In this document: positions 49,265 through 60,736 of the stretch, piece after piece
Layout: the number at the start of each line of letters is the position of its first letter
Numbering within the stretch: position 1 is the first letter of the stretch
NCBI GenBank assembly: GCA_963825135.1
Contig: CAWGRW010000009.1
Location: 64,001-128,000, forward strand
Origin: an uncultured bacterium
GTDB lineage: Bacteria > Desulfobacterota_D > UBA1144 > Nemesobacterales > UBA2774
Direction: 5' to 3'
DNA length: 64,000 bases
The notes under the pieces: model-generated
The model's input: only the letters and a program-made list of their open reading frames with translations
Databases searched by the model: none
Told to the model about the DNA's origin: nothing
Translations under genes and position numbers: made by a program

Positions 49265-49711
49265 TCACCCCCTCTTCCCCGGAAGCCTCCTGAAGCTGAT
49301 AGCGATCCTGTTCCAGAAGTTCATGTCCGCAATCACCAGCGTGAGGTCGATGAGCTCCTTTTCCGGGAACTGTTCGGCAACATATTCATAAATCGAATCG
49401 GGGGCGTGAGTATCTTCAACACGCGTCACGGCCTCCGCCCATTCGAGTGCCGCGCGCTCGCGCTCGTCGTAAAAGGGGACCTCCCTCCATACGACGAGGC
49501 AGTCTATACGCTGGGGCGTCTCCCCCTCTTTTCTAAGCTGGTTGGTATGCAGGTCCACGCAGTAGGCGCAGCCGTTTATCTGCGAGACGCGGAGCTGCAC
49601 CAGATACCGAAGCTTGCGCTCGATCGACGAATTCTCCAGATAATTGGCCCCCGAGGAAAAGGCCTTGACCGCCTCGGGCGCGACTTTGATGTAAGATGCC
49701 CGTTTTATCAT
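49265..49711 (-). CDS. AhpD-like/CMD family protein
   Basis: LRVSQINGCAYCVDLH, ERAALEWAEAVT, NFWNR. Confidence 0.9.
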   Translation of the reverse strand: MIKRASYIKVAPEAVKAFSSGANYLENSSIERKLRYLVQLRVSQINGCAYCVDLHTNQLRKEGETPQRIDCLVVWREVPFYDERERAALEWAEAVTRVEDTHAPDSIYEYVAEQFPEKELIDLTLVIADMNFWNRIAISFRRLPGKRG

Positions 49712-49968
49712 GCTGCACCTCTCTTTTGCTTTTTTCTCCATATAAATATCAACGGAATAGGCACGTTTGACAAGGAATTTTTGAGGGCAGTGGGGAAGCC
49801 GTATAAAGAACCAGGACAAGCCCTTTTCACAACTCATCCCGGGAGCAATGCATCATCAGTCTATCAGGGCAAATGACATACAAAAGTGATCATTGACAAT
49901 CATTCATGAGGTATAATATGATTTATTTGCAATATCACATAGATCCCTGCGGGGGGAGGTTTCAGACG

Positions 49969-50151
49969 ATGGGCGAGAGAAAGGTAATGGACTGCAGTAA
50001 GCATCCGAGCGACAACAACTGCACGCTCAGGATCAGCGGGAAAGAGGAAGAGGTCATGCCGGTTGCGGTATATCACGCTACGACGGCGCACGGCCACAAG
50101 GACAGTCCCGAACTCAGAAAACAGCTGAAATCCATGCTCGAAAACGAGTAG
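49969..50151 (+). CDS. DUF1059-like small protein
   Basis: GGAGG RBS; DCSKHPSDNNCTLRISG...HATTAHG. Confidence 0.75.
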   Translation: MGERKVMDCSKHPSDNNCTLRISGKEEEVMPVAVYHATTAHGHKDSPELRKQLKSMLENE

Positions 50152-50488
50152 GCGGATTGATCTGAAATAGAAATTGCGCGCGGAAGATTCAGAAGCGGAC
50201 GAAATGTTCGAAGGATTCGTTTACATTAAATTGGTATACCCTCCGCATCAATAACACGTATAATTTTATTCCCATTCTCACGATTTTACTTATATCGTTA
50301 TTATTTATCAGCACTTGACTCCTGACTCCCGGCATTTCCCGACCGAATCGATAAAATATTTAATCCGAAGGGCATAAAAGTGACGTAGAATTAATGTAAT
50401 TTGAAAAGCCGGAATGAACGATTTTATCGAACGTTAATTACACGCGTCCGTATTTTATAGATTGTTCATTCGAAGAAGGAGGATTTCG

Positions 50489-52042
50489 ATGAAACGCACT
50501 GCCGTAATTGGAAGTTTGTTACTGATTGCTGGAATTTTATCCATCTTTATGGCCGCCGGATGTGACGACAATGGCGGAGGCGGCGATGACCCGTTCCCTC
50601 CGCCGAACTCGATCGCGACCAGGCTCGCCCAGAGGGGACAGACGGCGCCCGACGGGCAGGCGACTTTTACCGGCTTCATTCGACTTGGCGGGTCCGAGCA
50701 GCGGCGGTTTGGTGTCCTTCGTATCGCTCGAGAACATTGCAGAGGACACTAGAAGGCTGGTCCTGTACTATAGCCGACACGGGCGGGCTCATGGAAGTAG
50801 TGAAGACCGGGGACACCGCCCCGGATGGAGGAGGTATATTCAGGAGCTTTCTTCAGCTTATCGGAGTGAACGACCAGGCGCAGGTCGCGTTCGTCGGAAG
50901 GACGGCGGAATCCCCTCACGACGAGTTCGGCGATACGGAAGGATATTATCTCGGCAGCGAAGAAGGAATAGAAGTCCTCGTCCGCGAAGGGGACGCGGTA
51001 CCCGGCGGAGGTACGGTATTCAAGCTCTGCATACCCGGCTTCCTCGCCTGCTCGTACAGGTACGGCGGGCTAAACGAGAGCGGGCAGATCGTGTTCGTCG
51101 CGGCCCTTACAGACACGAACGACAACAGAGCGTTATTCCTCGCCGATACGGACGGTATAACGGAGCTTGCGCGAAAAGGCGACCCGGTGCCCGGCGGGAA
51201 CGGCGCGTTCGAGGATTTCTTCGACCCGGCCGGGCCTAACGAGAGCGGCCAGGTCGCGTTCGTCGGACGCATATCGGGGACTTCGGACGGAGAAAACGAC
51301 AACGAGGGCATCTACCTCGCGACCGAAGGCGGCGTCATAGAGCTCGCGCGCGAAGGCGACACAGTGCCGGGCGGAAACGGCACATTCGGGGATTTCCTGT
51401 TGCTATCGGGAATAAACGACGAGCGGCCAGGCCGCATTCAGCGCACAGCTCGTCGGCACGTCGGGAGGCGAGACCGATAACGAAGCGATCTTCCTCGCGA
51501 GCGAAGACGGAATTAGAGAGCTCGTGCGTAAAGGAGATTTAGTTCCCGGAGGCGGAGGCGGGATCATAGACAGCGAATTCTATCCCAGGGGTCCGAACGA
51601 AAACGGCGAGGTCGCGTTCGGCGCGGCAATCAGAAACGGCGACGAGGACGTTCCCATCGACTCGGCCATATTCCTCGCTGGTCCTTCCGGTATTACTACG
51701 CTCATCCGTCACGGCGATCCCGGCCCCGGGGGAGTCGGCCAGTTCGCACAGTTCGGGCTCGCGGGGTTAAACGATTCGGGGCAGGTGATATTCAGGTCGA
51801 GGCTGTTTGAGGGCAAGAAATCAGCCCAGGGCCTCTACCGCGTAGGTCCCGGGGAAAAAGTAACCGCGCTCGCGCAGGCGTTTCAGCCTGCCCCGCCCGG
51901 ACGGCTCGAAGCTCTACCGTACAATCGAGGACAACAGGTACCCGGGCCGAGCGACAGCGGACTCGCGTTTTTCGTAGCCGGCCTCATGAACGCGGACCGC
52001 ACATATTCGATCCAGGACACGGGCATCTTTTTAGCGCAGTGA
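50489..52042 (+). CDS. Lipoprotein with NxxGxxAF tandem repeats (frameshifts near 50700-50750 and 51425)
   Basis: AAGC lipobox; repeated units GD-x-VPGG...NESGQVAF...GIYL across three frames. Confidence 0.8.
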
Positions 52043-52102
52043 GGTTTTAAATATCGGGGCTTTCGGGTTTGAATCTACTAAGCGCCGCAATCGAAGAGGA
52101 TG

Positions 52103-52342
52103 TTAAAACAGATCCCTCTGGGCGTCTTCGAGAAGCACTTTCTTGAGGAGGCTCTTGGCGTGGACAATGGCCTTCTCTTTAATCTCTTCGAGGTCGGAAG
52201 ACTCGTTCGCGAGCGGAAATGAAAGGGAGATAAAAACCGAATCCGAGTCCGCCTCGTAATCCTCGAGCTCTATTGTCAGGTCTATAAGGAACGACTGCTC
52301 GTCGTCGGTTAGTGTGATGTTCTCGACTTTATACTGGATCAT
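52103..52342 (-). CDS. Small acidic hypothetical protein
   Basis: 79-aa ORF with protein-like composition. Confidence 0.55.
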   Translation of the reverse strand: MIQYKVENITLTDDEQSFLIDLTIELEDYEADSDSVFISLSFPLANESSDLEEIKEKAIVHAKSLLKKVLLEDAQRDLF

Positions 52343-52691
52343 ATCAGAATCTCTTCCGTTCCATTGTTATCGTCAGGCACCAGAGCGCATGGTTCGTCAT
52401 ATACGGTCACTCCGGCAATTAAAACACGAAGCCCGAAACGAAGGTCGGCCCGGCGTATCGTCACGCATGGCGGCCGGGAATTAGGTTGATTATATAAGGT
52501 ACGCCGCGAATTATCAATTCACCGGAAGAAATAACGGGGCCTTCGTCCCTCGCGCGGGACAAAACGCCTCCGTTTTTTTTACTCGCTAATCAAGGTGGTG
52601 TATCATTCACTGGAGGCAGGCCGAAAGTCGGCTCCGGCGTGATAATAACCTGAAAATATAATCACATCCGGTCGGGACCTGCCAATTGCAC

Positions 52692-55016
52692 ATGCGCGAT
52701 CCCCGTTATCTTAACCGTATAATTCTGGCCCTGACGCTTGCCGGTATCTCAGCGGGCGGAGCCGGGTATCTCCTGCGAATCCCCGGCGTCGCGGACATCG
52801 CCTGGGCCGCCGCCACAGTGGCGGCTCTCATACCTCTCGTGTTCATGACCGCGCGCACGCTCATGTCGGGCAAGCTCGGCGTGGACATCATCGCGCTTAT
52901 AGCCATGGCGGGGTCTCTATATCTCGGGCAGTACCTGGCGGGGGCGGTCATCGCGCTCATGCTCTCGGGCGGACAGGTGCTCGAGGAGTACGCGGAAGCG
53001 AGGGCCAGGAGAGAGCTCTCGGCGCTCATCGGACGGACCCCGCGCACGGTCAACAGGATAGACGGCGACAACGTAACCACTGCGGCAATAGAAGAGGTAA
53101 AGCCCGGGGACTTCCTCATGGTAAAGCCGGGCGAGATCGTCCCCGTAGACGGCGTCGTGATCGGTCCCTCCGCAGTGCTCGACGAATCCGCCCTCACGGG
53201 GGAGCCGAAGCCGGTCGAGCACATGGACAGGGACCAGGTTTCGAGCGGCACGGTGAACGCGTCCAAAACGCCCTTCAAGATGAGGGCGACCGTGAACGCG
53301 GACGAAAGCACGTACGCGGGAATAATAAGGCTGGTCGAGCAGGCTCAGGCCTCGAAGGCCCCGCTCGTAAGGATGGCCGACAGGTACGCGATATTCTTCC
53401 TCCCCGCGACTCTCGCAGTCTCCGCATTGGCCTGGATCATCTCGGGCGACCCGGTACGCGCCCTGGCGGTGCTCGTGGTCGCAACGCCCTGCCCCCTCAT
53501 ACTCGCGGTCCCCGTGGCCATCGTCTCAGGGCTTTCCAGGGCGGCCCGCCGGGGGATAATCATAAAGGGCGGCGGCGCTCTCGAAACGCTCGCCCGCGGC
53601 AAGATCCTCGTCCTCGACAAAACAGGGACCATAACGAAGGGCGAGCCCTTACTCACCGGGGTCGAAAGCCTCGGGGCATACGATCCGGACGAGCTTCTCA
53701 GGCTCGCCGCGTCCCTCGATCAGGCTTCTCCCCACGTGCTCGCAAGGCCCATAGTGAAATCGGCGGTAGAGCGGGGGTTCGCCCTGGCCTTCCCCGAGGG
53801 TGTCTCCGAGGAATTCGGCTCGGGAATCAGCGGAAAAGTAAACGGCAGGACTGTGAAGCTCGGCAGGATGAACTGGGTATTCGGCTCGATTCCCGAGGAC
53901 CCGGCCGCGCACCGCATACACAACAGGTCCCTCTTGGACGGCTCCTCGTGCGTATTCATATCGGTCGACGGAGTTCCGGCCGGGGCTCTGATACTCGAGG
54001 ACCCGGTCAGACCGGACGCGCCTCTCACTATACGCGCGCTAAAGCGCGTCGGGTTTCAAAAAATAGTCATGCTTACCGGGGACCACAAGGACGTGGCGGT
54101 TTCCGTGGGCGCGGCCATAGGCATAGACAAAGTCCTCGCAGAGCGCACGCCCCGGGAAAAAGTGGACGCGGTGCTCACGGAATGCGCGGAAGGCACGACG
54201 GTAATGGTGGGGGACGGCATAAACGACGCGGCAGCCCTCGCGTCGGCCCACGTGGGCGTTGCTATGGGCGCACGGGGCGCGACGGCCTCTTCGGAAGCGG
54301 CCGACGTCGTGCTGCTCGTCGACAGGCTCGACCGCCTCATAGAAGCCGTGCGCATAGCACGGAGGTCGAGGTCCATAGCGTTTGAGAGCATCGCCGTCGG
54401 CATGGGGCTTTCGATAATAGCCATGCTCGCGGCGGCCGCGGGGTTCCTCGTGCCGGTCGCGGGGGCCCTCCTGCAGGAAGTGATAGACACCATTGTCATT
54501 CTCAACGCGCTTCGCGCGCTCAGGGACGGCCAGCACAAGAGCCAGATAGACCCGGATGCCGCCCGGATAGGTCTCCAGTTCCGGGACGAGCACGAGAAGC
54601 TGATGCCCGAGGTCAGGCGCATCCGCTACGTTACGGACAGGCTCGACACCATGCCCCCGGAAACGGCGGTCAGGGAGCTGAGGGAGATACACAGATTCCT
54701 CTCGGAGCGCCTCCTCCCCCACGAGAAGGCCGAAGACGCCGTCGTCTACCCGCTCGTGGCCGACATCATAGGCGGTGAAGACCCGACGGCCACCATGAGC
54801 AGGGCGCATATCGAGATCAGCCATCTGATAAAGGTGTTCGGCCGTCTTTTGGAAGAGATGCCGGGCGAGGGGCCCGGCCCCGAGGATATGCGCGAGCTAA
54901 GAAGGGTGCTTTACGGGCTGTACGCGATACTCACGCTCCATTTCGCACAGGAGGAGGAGTCCTACCTGGCTCTGATAGAAGAACGCATGAAATCGGACAA
55001 GGACAGGCAGGGTTGA
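52692..55016 (+). CDS. P1B-5 heavy-metal P-type ATPase with C-terminal hemerythrin domain
   Basis: TGE, TPCPL, DKTGT, GDGINDA, QEVID; tail EHEKL, HEKAED, RAHIEI, HFAQEE. Confidence 0.92.
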   Translation: MRDPRYLNRIILALTLAGISAGGAGYLLRIPGVADIAWAAATVAALIPLVFMTARTLMSGKLGVDIIALIAMAGSLYLGQYLAGAVIALMLSGGQVLEEYAEARARRELSALIGRTPRTVNRIDGDNVTTAAIEEVKPGDFLMVKPGEIVPVDGVVIGPSAVLDESALTGEPKPVEHMDRDQVSSGTVNASKTPFKMRATVNADESTYAGIIRLVEQAQASKAPLVRMADRYAIFFLPATLAVSALAWIISGDPVRALAVLVVATPCPLILAVPVAIVSGLSRAARRGIIIKGGGALETLARGKILVLDKTGTITKGEPLLTGVESLGAYDPDELLRLAASLDQASPHVLARPIVKSAVERGFALAFPEGVSEEFGSGISGKVNGRTVKLGRMNWVFGSIPEDPAAHRIHNRSLLDGSSCVFISVDGVPAGALILEDPVRPDAPLTIRALKRVGFQKIVMLTGDHKDVAVSVGAAIGIDKVLAERTPREKVDAVLTECAEGTTVMVGDGINDAAALASAHVGVAMGARGATASSEAADVVLLVDRLDRLIEAVRIARRSRSIAFESIAVGMGLSIIAMLAAAAGFLVPVAGALLQEVIDTIVILNALRALRDGQHKSQIDPDAARIGLQFRDEHEKLMPEVRRIRYVTDRLDTMPPETAVRELREIHRFLSERLLPHEKAEDAVVYPLVADIIGGEDPTATMSRAHIEISHLIKVFGRLLEEMPGEGPGPEDMRELRRVLYGLYAILTLHFAQEEESYLALIEERMKSDKDRQG

Positions 55017-55032
55017 ACTGATCCGCGGACAA

Positions 55033-55641
55033 TTATCGGATCAGTGCGTCGTCCTGGCTATTCTGTTGAATATTTTTTTCGAGTTTCGGCTTTAAATAAA
55101 GCTCGATGCTTTCGAACATCACGCCGTGCCTGCACTTCCCTTCCACGCCTCCGAGAGTCTCTTTAATAACGGTTCCGTCTTTCACCCAGGAGGCGGAATA
55201 CGCGAGCTTGCCGCCGCAGACCGCGGCGCCCGGCTTATCTTTGTACTGAAGCTCCTCACCCTCGCCCCAGTCTACTTTGTCCTCGGCCGGAGCCCCGTAT
55301 TCCTTTATCAGATTTTCCTTTACCTTCTCATAGTCGCCGACGTACGATTCCGGGTCCTCGGACGTACTCCGCATCAGGTACCCCGCCCTTACGAGCTTAT
55401 CGCCCTCGAACATGTATCCGATGATCGACGGTATGCCGCCGTACTCGCCCGTATACGTAACCACTTCCGGTCTGTCCTCGGTCGGCGTATCGCTCTCGGA
55501 GGCTTTCACCTGATCCCGGCTCATCCCCCATGTCGTTTTCCTGAAATTAAACTCCCCTTCATCTATCTTCCTCACGTCCCTGCAGGACAGAGCCGCAATC
55601 CCAATGGCCCCGATAAACGCCAGCAGCAATACCTTTTTCAT
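55033..55641 (-). CDS. Hypothetical lipoprotein
   Basis: MKKVLLLAFIGAIGIAALSC lipobox; FRKTTWGMS. Confidence 0.75.
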   Translation of the reverse strand: MKKVLLLAFIGAIGIAALSCRDVRKIDEGEFNFRKTTWGMSRDQVKASESDTPTEDRPEVVTYTGEYGGIPSIIGYMFEGDKLVRAGYLMRSTSEDPESYVGDYEKVKENLIKEYGAPAEDKVDWGEGEELQYKDKPGAAVCGGKLAYSASWVKDGTVIKETLGGVEGKCRHGVMFESIELYLKPKLEKNIQQNSQDDALIR

Positions 55642-55907
55642 GCTTCGAGTCTCCTCCCTGCGGATTGTCGGGAATGAATACCGCGTCCTGCGCCGCCTGC
55701 CCGTCGCCGGGACGCGGTCAGACGCCCGAGCGTAACGTGCGGAAATCCCGGTCACGCTATTTGACGGTAACTATTTTACACGATTATTATGCGCGGGTAT
55801 CCGGCGTAGTCATTCAGCCGAATTGCGCCTGGTTGTAGTGAGAGGACGCCCGGCGTATCCGGTACGATCCCCGCATGCCCGTTTCCGCGGTATCCGCCGC
55901 CCGCCCG

Positions 55908-56162
55908 TCAGTCATCCGAATTCCCCCTGCCGAACTCCTGCAGCACCTCGTTTATCACATCATCCGAGGCATCCCTGAGCAGCTCGTCGTAACGCTCCAG
56001 AAGCTCCTCACGGCTAATGACGCCTTTATCGGTCAACAGCCTCTCAAGAGCCGAGATCTTTATCCTGTCGGTAACGATTGCCCTGACAAGGTCCAGGATC
56101 AGTCTCCACTGAGTATCGCTTCCGAGCAGCTCGTAAAGAGGCTTTGTTTCGGCCTTCTCCAA
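55908..56162 (-). CDS. Small hypothetical protein
   Basis: GGAGG then TTG; ALERLLTDKGVISREEL. Confidence 0.55.
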   Translation of the reverse strand: MEKAETKPLYELLGSDTQWRLILDLVRAIVTDRIKISALERLLTDKGVISREELLERYDELLRDASDDVINEVLQEFGRGNSDD

Positions 56163-56434
56163 GTCCTTTCCTCCCTTATCTTCCCGTCGGCGCCGGGGCC
56201 CTCGGGGTTTAATATTAATGTCGGCGTACGAATAGAGCAAATATACCGGGGAACTTCAGCCGCCCCTTAAATTCCGGCCCGAAAGAATTATATATACATT
56301 CTGCCGCGGGGGAAAGTGGGCCGGACAACAACGGGCCGCACCCTTCATAAGGGCTTATCGTTGCCGTGAATTAAGAAATTGCGGATCGAAAAAACCGCCC
56401 GGTTCCGGGGCAAACGGTGAGCAATCGTCTTAGG

Positions 56435-56791
56435 TTATGAGTGCTTCCAGGCGGCAAGGCCCTGGCAGACCACGGTGAACCAGTTCTGCGGGTATTCCCT
56501 TTCGAGCTTCCAGGTCGTGTTCAGCACGGAATTGGCTCCGACGAGTATGGCCTGGTCCTTAAGCGCGTTTATGCACTGGCCCACGTACATCTCCTCGTTA
56601 TACTCGAACTCCCACGCCTCTTTGAAGTGCCTCTGGCTCTTGCCGGTCACGTACTCGACGGAATCGTACTGCTCGATCTCGTCAGGCGCGCCCTTCTGCT
56701 CAATGAATATGAACTCGCGGAGATTCTCCCAGGCGCCCGATACGCTGGCGCTAACGGATAGAATCAGCAACGCTGCAAAGAATGTCCTCAT
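56435..56791 (-). CDS. Secreted hypothetical protein (possibly YbjQ-like fold)
   Basis: AGGAGG RBS, signal peptide, ALKDQAILVGANSVL. Confidence 0.6.
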   Translation of the reverse strand: MRTFFAALLILSVSASVSGAWENLREFIFIEQKGAPDEIEQYDSVEYVTGKSQRHFKEAWEFEYNEEMYVGQCINALKDQAILVGANSVLNTTWKLEREYPQNWFTVVCQGLAAWKHS

Positions 56792-56922
56792 ATCATCCTC
56801 CTTCCGGATATAGACACGGCAGACCCGCAGGCGGGAGACTCCTTGCCTCCGGTGCCCGCGCCAATATTATATACCCGATATAAGGGATTGAGAATACCGC
56901 CCTTAAAAATTATCGATGCCGG

Positions 56923-58389
56923 TTACGCCGGGACTGCGGGCTTCCTTATCAGCCGGACGATGTAGGCCCCGCCCAGCGCCAGAACGGCGTAAAGCGGGAT
57001 AAGGGCGGCGTGCCCCGCGGAGTAAACCCTCAGGGAGTCGGCCAGGAAAACCTTGAACGCGGAGAATTGATGCAAGTCTCCCTCCAGAAAACCCGGGATA
57101 ATATACTCCGTGAGTATGTTGACGTTCCGGTCGTACTCGTTCGTCATCGTGAACGAGACGCATGCGAGGGATATAAGAAAACTGAGCGCGAAAAGCCCGA
57201 GCATGCCCGCGCGGAGCCTCCTGCCCGCCCCCGCCCACATCACCGCGAGCGGCGGGCAGAGGAACGGCAGCATCGGGGTCAGGAAGCGGGGCCCGGTCGA
57301 TCCCCCTCCCGTCCAGTACTCATACGACGAGTTCAGGAGCAGGTAATAGAGCGGCACGGCGGCGAGCGCAATTGTAACGGCTTTGGCGCCGGGCGTCTTC
57401 CACAGCCTGTAGAACGCATACGGGGTCATCAGCAGGATCGGCGAGAGCCAGAAAAGACCGTGCCCTCCGGCGAAGAGGAGCTTCGCCATCAGCAGAGGAT
57501 GCGGGTACGTAAGCCCGTAATACCCGAGCCTCATGCCGGTGTAATATACCGTGTAGCTGTAAAGCGAGCCGAAGAGAGACCCGGTAATGCTGTAATTATA
57601 GATTAACAGGGGAGATATGAAGACGAGCGAGCCCGCCGCCACGGAAAGGAGCACGCGCGCGAGCCTCCGCCTCTCCCAGCCCCTCGCGCAGAATATGCCG
57701 TAAACGGCGATAACGGCGGTAGCCGGAGCGGACGTAAGCTCTATCACTACCGCCCAGGATAGAAGAGCCCCTGCTGCAAACCCTAGCAGGATATCCTTCC
57801 TCGCGCTCCCCGGCGAAACGGCGAGATAATATACGGCCGCGAACCCCATCATGAGACACCCGCCCGCGGGGTTGTGCCCGAAGAACGCCGTCGCCCACCC
57901 CCATGCAGGCGTGGCGAGCCCGTAGGCAAGAGCGCCCAACACGGCCCCCGGGAGACCGGCCCCGAGCCTCATCGAGAGGAAATATATTGTCAACGCGGTA
58001 AACACGGTAAAAATAGCCGTCGTAAAAATGTTCGCCACTTGCTCGAGAAGAACAAAATAAATCGTTATATATCCCCTGGGGCCGAGCCACCTGACATCTC
58101 CGAGATACGATTTCATAAACAGCCGCGCCAGGGCTACGCCGGGTATGGCCATCAAAGACATCCCGGGCGCCTTATCGGAGTAAAACCTGCCTTTATACCG
58201 GGCTATATCATGTGTTGTATTTTTGTATTTATCGATCGCCGGCGTCCCGTCTTCGATAATCGACAGGGCAAGCGCTATCCGCGGCACCGAGTTCCAGTTG
58301 TCGGGGTTCTGGAGGAAATAGCAATAGGAGAAATACAGCATTATGGAAAGGACCGCTGCGATTCTGATTATTTTTTTCCTTTCCGTCAT
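56923..58389 (-). CDS. Polytopic membrane protein, GT-C/PMT-like
   Basis: Many TM segments; YSDKAPG, GLFWLSP, WTGGGSTGPRFL. Confidence 0.7.
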   Translation of the reverse strand: MTERKKIIRIAAVLSIMLYFSYCYFLQNPDNWNSVPRIALALSIIEDGTPAIDKYKNTTHDIARYKGRFYSDKAPGMSLMAIPGVALARLFMKSYLGDVRWLGPRGYITIYFVLLEQVANIFTTAIFTVFTALTIYFLSMRLGAGLPGAVLGALAYGLATPAWGWATAFFGHNPAGGCLMMGFAAVYYLAVSPGSARKDILLGFAAGALLSWAVVIELTSAPATAVIAVYGIFCARGWERRRLARVLLSVAAGSLVFISPLLIYNYSITGSLFGSLYSYTVYYTGMRLGYYGLTYPHPLLMAKLLFAGGHGLFWLSPILLMTPYAFYRLWKTPGAKAVTIALAAVPLYYLLLNSSYEYWTGGGSTGPRFLTPMLPFLCPPLAVMWAGAGRRLRAGMLGLFALSFLISLACVSFTMTNEYDRNVNILTEYIIPGFLEGDLHQFSAFKVFLADSLRVYSAGHAALIPLYAVLALGGAYIVRLIRKPAVPA

Positions 58390-58611
58390 CCGTATGGCTC
58401 CGTTCAGCTGTTTGAAACGGCAATAACAAGAGGATTGTACTTGAAATGTATCGTCCGCGCCCGGCCGACATGCGCGATTATGCTGATTTCATTTGCTCTC
58501 TCTTTCAATGTCCCTGTATAATTTAAATAATTTTTTGACAGAAAAACACCGCTAAGGCGTATTCACCCACAGTACGCGCGGAATCAAATACCAGTCAGGG
58601 TCCGGGTCCCT

Positions 58612-60681
58612 ATGACAGAGAATTGTGAATTCAGCGAATATTTCAGCGAATTTATTAACGATACCGGAATCCGTATCAGGCCCCGGGGCGGGGAGAGGAC
58701 CGCGCTCGGGGATATATTCGTATTCCCGGACCTCGAAATTCTGACGCCTGACCGGCACACGGGCGCGGGGCCGTCAGGCGGGATTGTGAACTCTTCCGGT
58801 CTCGCCGCAGCCGCTGCCGCCGGGGGCGGCATATTGATATACGGCCCTGTAGATTCGGGAAAGACGTCCCTTCTCAAAACCCTGGCCCTGCGGCTCTCGG
58901 GCTCGGGTTTCCATCCCGTCTACATGGACGGCAAGACGCTCCGCATCCCGCGCTCGGGAGACAAGGCCCGATTTTTTCTCAGGAAATACGAAGAGCAGTA
59001 TACGCCCGGGAGTTACGAGCGAATTAAAGCCGGACCCGCCGGAAAGAGGATACTGCTTCTCGATAACGCCGACAGGATTCCCGCGGGCTCTGCCGAGCTC
59101 GGCTCCTTCCTCGGCGGCCTTACGGACCATTTCGGCTCAGTCCTGGTTACGGCGGCAAACACGCCCGAGTTCAAGGGCCTCCCCGAGGGGCTGAGCGTCT
59201 TCGGCGTACCCGCCGGGTTCTCCGTTTACGAAATAAAGGAATTCGGACGGGCCCTCAGGGAGGAGCTGATATCGAAATGGATTGACGCAGGCGCGCGCGG
59301 GAGCGAAGAAGATGCCGCCCGAACGAAGGCCAGGCTCACGGGCGCGGTCGACACCGTGCTCGGCAGGAGCCTTGTCCCCTCATACCCCGTCTTCATACTG
59401 ACCATATTGCAGATGGCCGATTCGGAGGATCCGGCCGCGCCCGGCGCGGGCTCCTACGGACAGTACTACGAATACATCATAACCAAATCGCTTAAGGACG
59501 TGACGCGAAGGGAGGATTTCCCGTTCTTTCAGAGCCTCCTCGCCCGTACCGCATACAGGATGTTCTCCAAGAGGAGCAGGTGGATATCGGAGGAGGACAT
59601 CGAGAACCTCGCGGCGGAGGTCTCTGCCGGGTTCCCGAGCCCCCCGGAGGACACCGGGTCCGTGATGACGGCCCTCCTCGAATCGGACACCCTCACACGC
59701 AGGGAGTCCGGGTTCGAATTCAGGTACGGCTACTCGTACCACTACTTCGCCGCCCTTCACTTTTCCCGCAGCCTCCTTGACGAGAGCGCGAGAGAAGAGG
59801 TGAGGAGGCTATGCGGCAGCCTCGAAGACGAGGAGCACGCGAACATCGTTCTGTTCCTTACCCACCTGTCGGGCGACCCCTTCCTGCTGGAGCTGATTGC
59901 GCGCAGCGTCGTGTACGCCGCGTCCTCGGAGGAGCAATACGCGGCCGGGGAAGAGGAAGCCTATCTGGACGATCTGGTCACCGAGCTCCAGAGGCTTATA
60001 GACAAGGACAGGAAGCTCAGAGAGATAAGGGCCGAGTACCGCTCCTCCATGGAAGAGAGGCCGAAGCCTCCGATCGGGTTCCGTACGGACGGCCCGGACA
60101 TACGCGTCAGCAGAAGGAGGGAGAGAGAGCTCTACGACGCTATGCGCAAGTCCCGGTCCGTAAGCGCCCTCCTGAGAATATCCTCTGAGGCGCTTCACGG
60201 GCAGACGCCGGAGGGGCCGTACGACATTCCGGACGGCTTCGAAGAAAATATGCACCTGCTCTGGTCGTCGTCTCTCAGGAGAAAGAAAAGAGACGCGGAC
60301 AGGATGAAGGAGGCGGCCTCCGGCAGTAAGGGATACGGATTTGAAGGCGGCGGCGAAGGGGAGACGCTCGGCTATCTGACCCTGCTCTACGGTTTCTATA
60401 TGAGAATCTACATGAACTGCGTCAGGGAATTTTCCCTACTTGCCGAAGCGGGTATTGCCGGGCGTACGGACGCAGTGCCGGACGATCTGACAAATATCTG
60501 CGCGAGCCTCTTCCGTAAAGACCGGCCGCCCGACCCGGGCACGATCAGCCGGTTTCTCTCGGAGAACGAAAAGAGGAGATTCGCGAAGGCTCTCATAAGA
60601 GAATGCGCGTCGCTCCGCATCTACCTCTACGGCGGGGAAGACGAATATTCGCGCGGGCTCGGGAAGCTCCTCGGATTTTAG
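58612..60681 (+). CDS. STAND/NACHT-type P-loop NTPase
   Basis: DIFVFPDL, GPVDSGKT, LLLDNAD, PSYPVFILTILQ, YGQYYEYII, FRYGYSYHYFAA. Confidence 0.75.
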   Translation: MTENCEFSEYFSEFINDTGIRIRPRGGERTALGDIFVFPDLEILTPDRHTGAGPSGGIVNSSGLAAAAAAGGGILIYGPVDSGKTSLLKTLALRLSGSGFHPVYMDGKTLRIPRSGDKARFFLRKYEEQYTPGSYERIKAGPAGKRILLLDNADRIPAGSAELGSFLGGLTDHFGSVLVTAANTPEFKGLPEGLSVFGVPAGFSVYEIKEFGRALREELISKWIDAGARGSEEDAARTKARLTGAVDTVLGRSLVPSYPVFILTILQMADSEDPAAPGAGSYGQYYEYIITKSLKDVTRREDFPFFQSLLARTAYRMFSKRSRWISEEDIENLAAEVSAGFPSPPEDTGSVMTALLESDTLTRRESGFEFRYGYSYHYFAALHFSRSLLDESAREEVRRLCGSLEDEEHANIVLFLTHLSGDPFLLELIARSVVYAASSEEQYAAGEEEAYLDDLVTELQRLIDKDRKLREIRAEYRSSMEERPKPPIGFRTDGPDIRVSRRRERELYDAMRKSRSVSALLRISSEALHGQTPEGPYDIPDGFEENMHLLWSSSLRRKKRDADRMKEAASGSKGYGFEGGGEGETLGYLTLLYGFYMRIYMNCVREFSLLAEAGIAGRTDAVPDDLTNICASLFRKDRPPDPGTISRFLSENEKRRFAKALIRECASLRIYLYGGEDEYSRGLGKLLGF

Positions 60682-60736
60682 TATGGAAAAAATGCGATCG
60701 TTGGATAAAGTATTAAACGGGAGGGGGAAAGAAATC

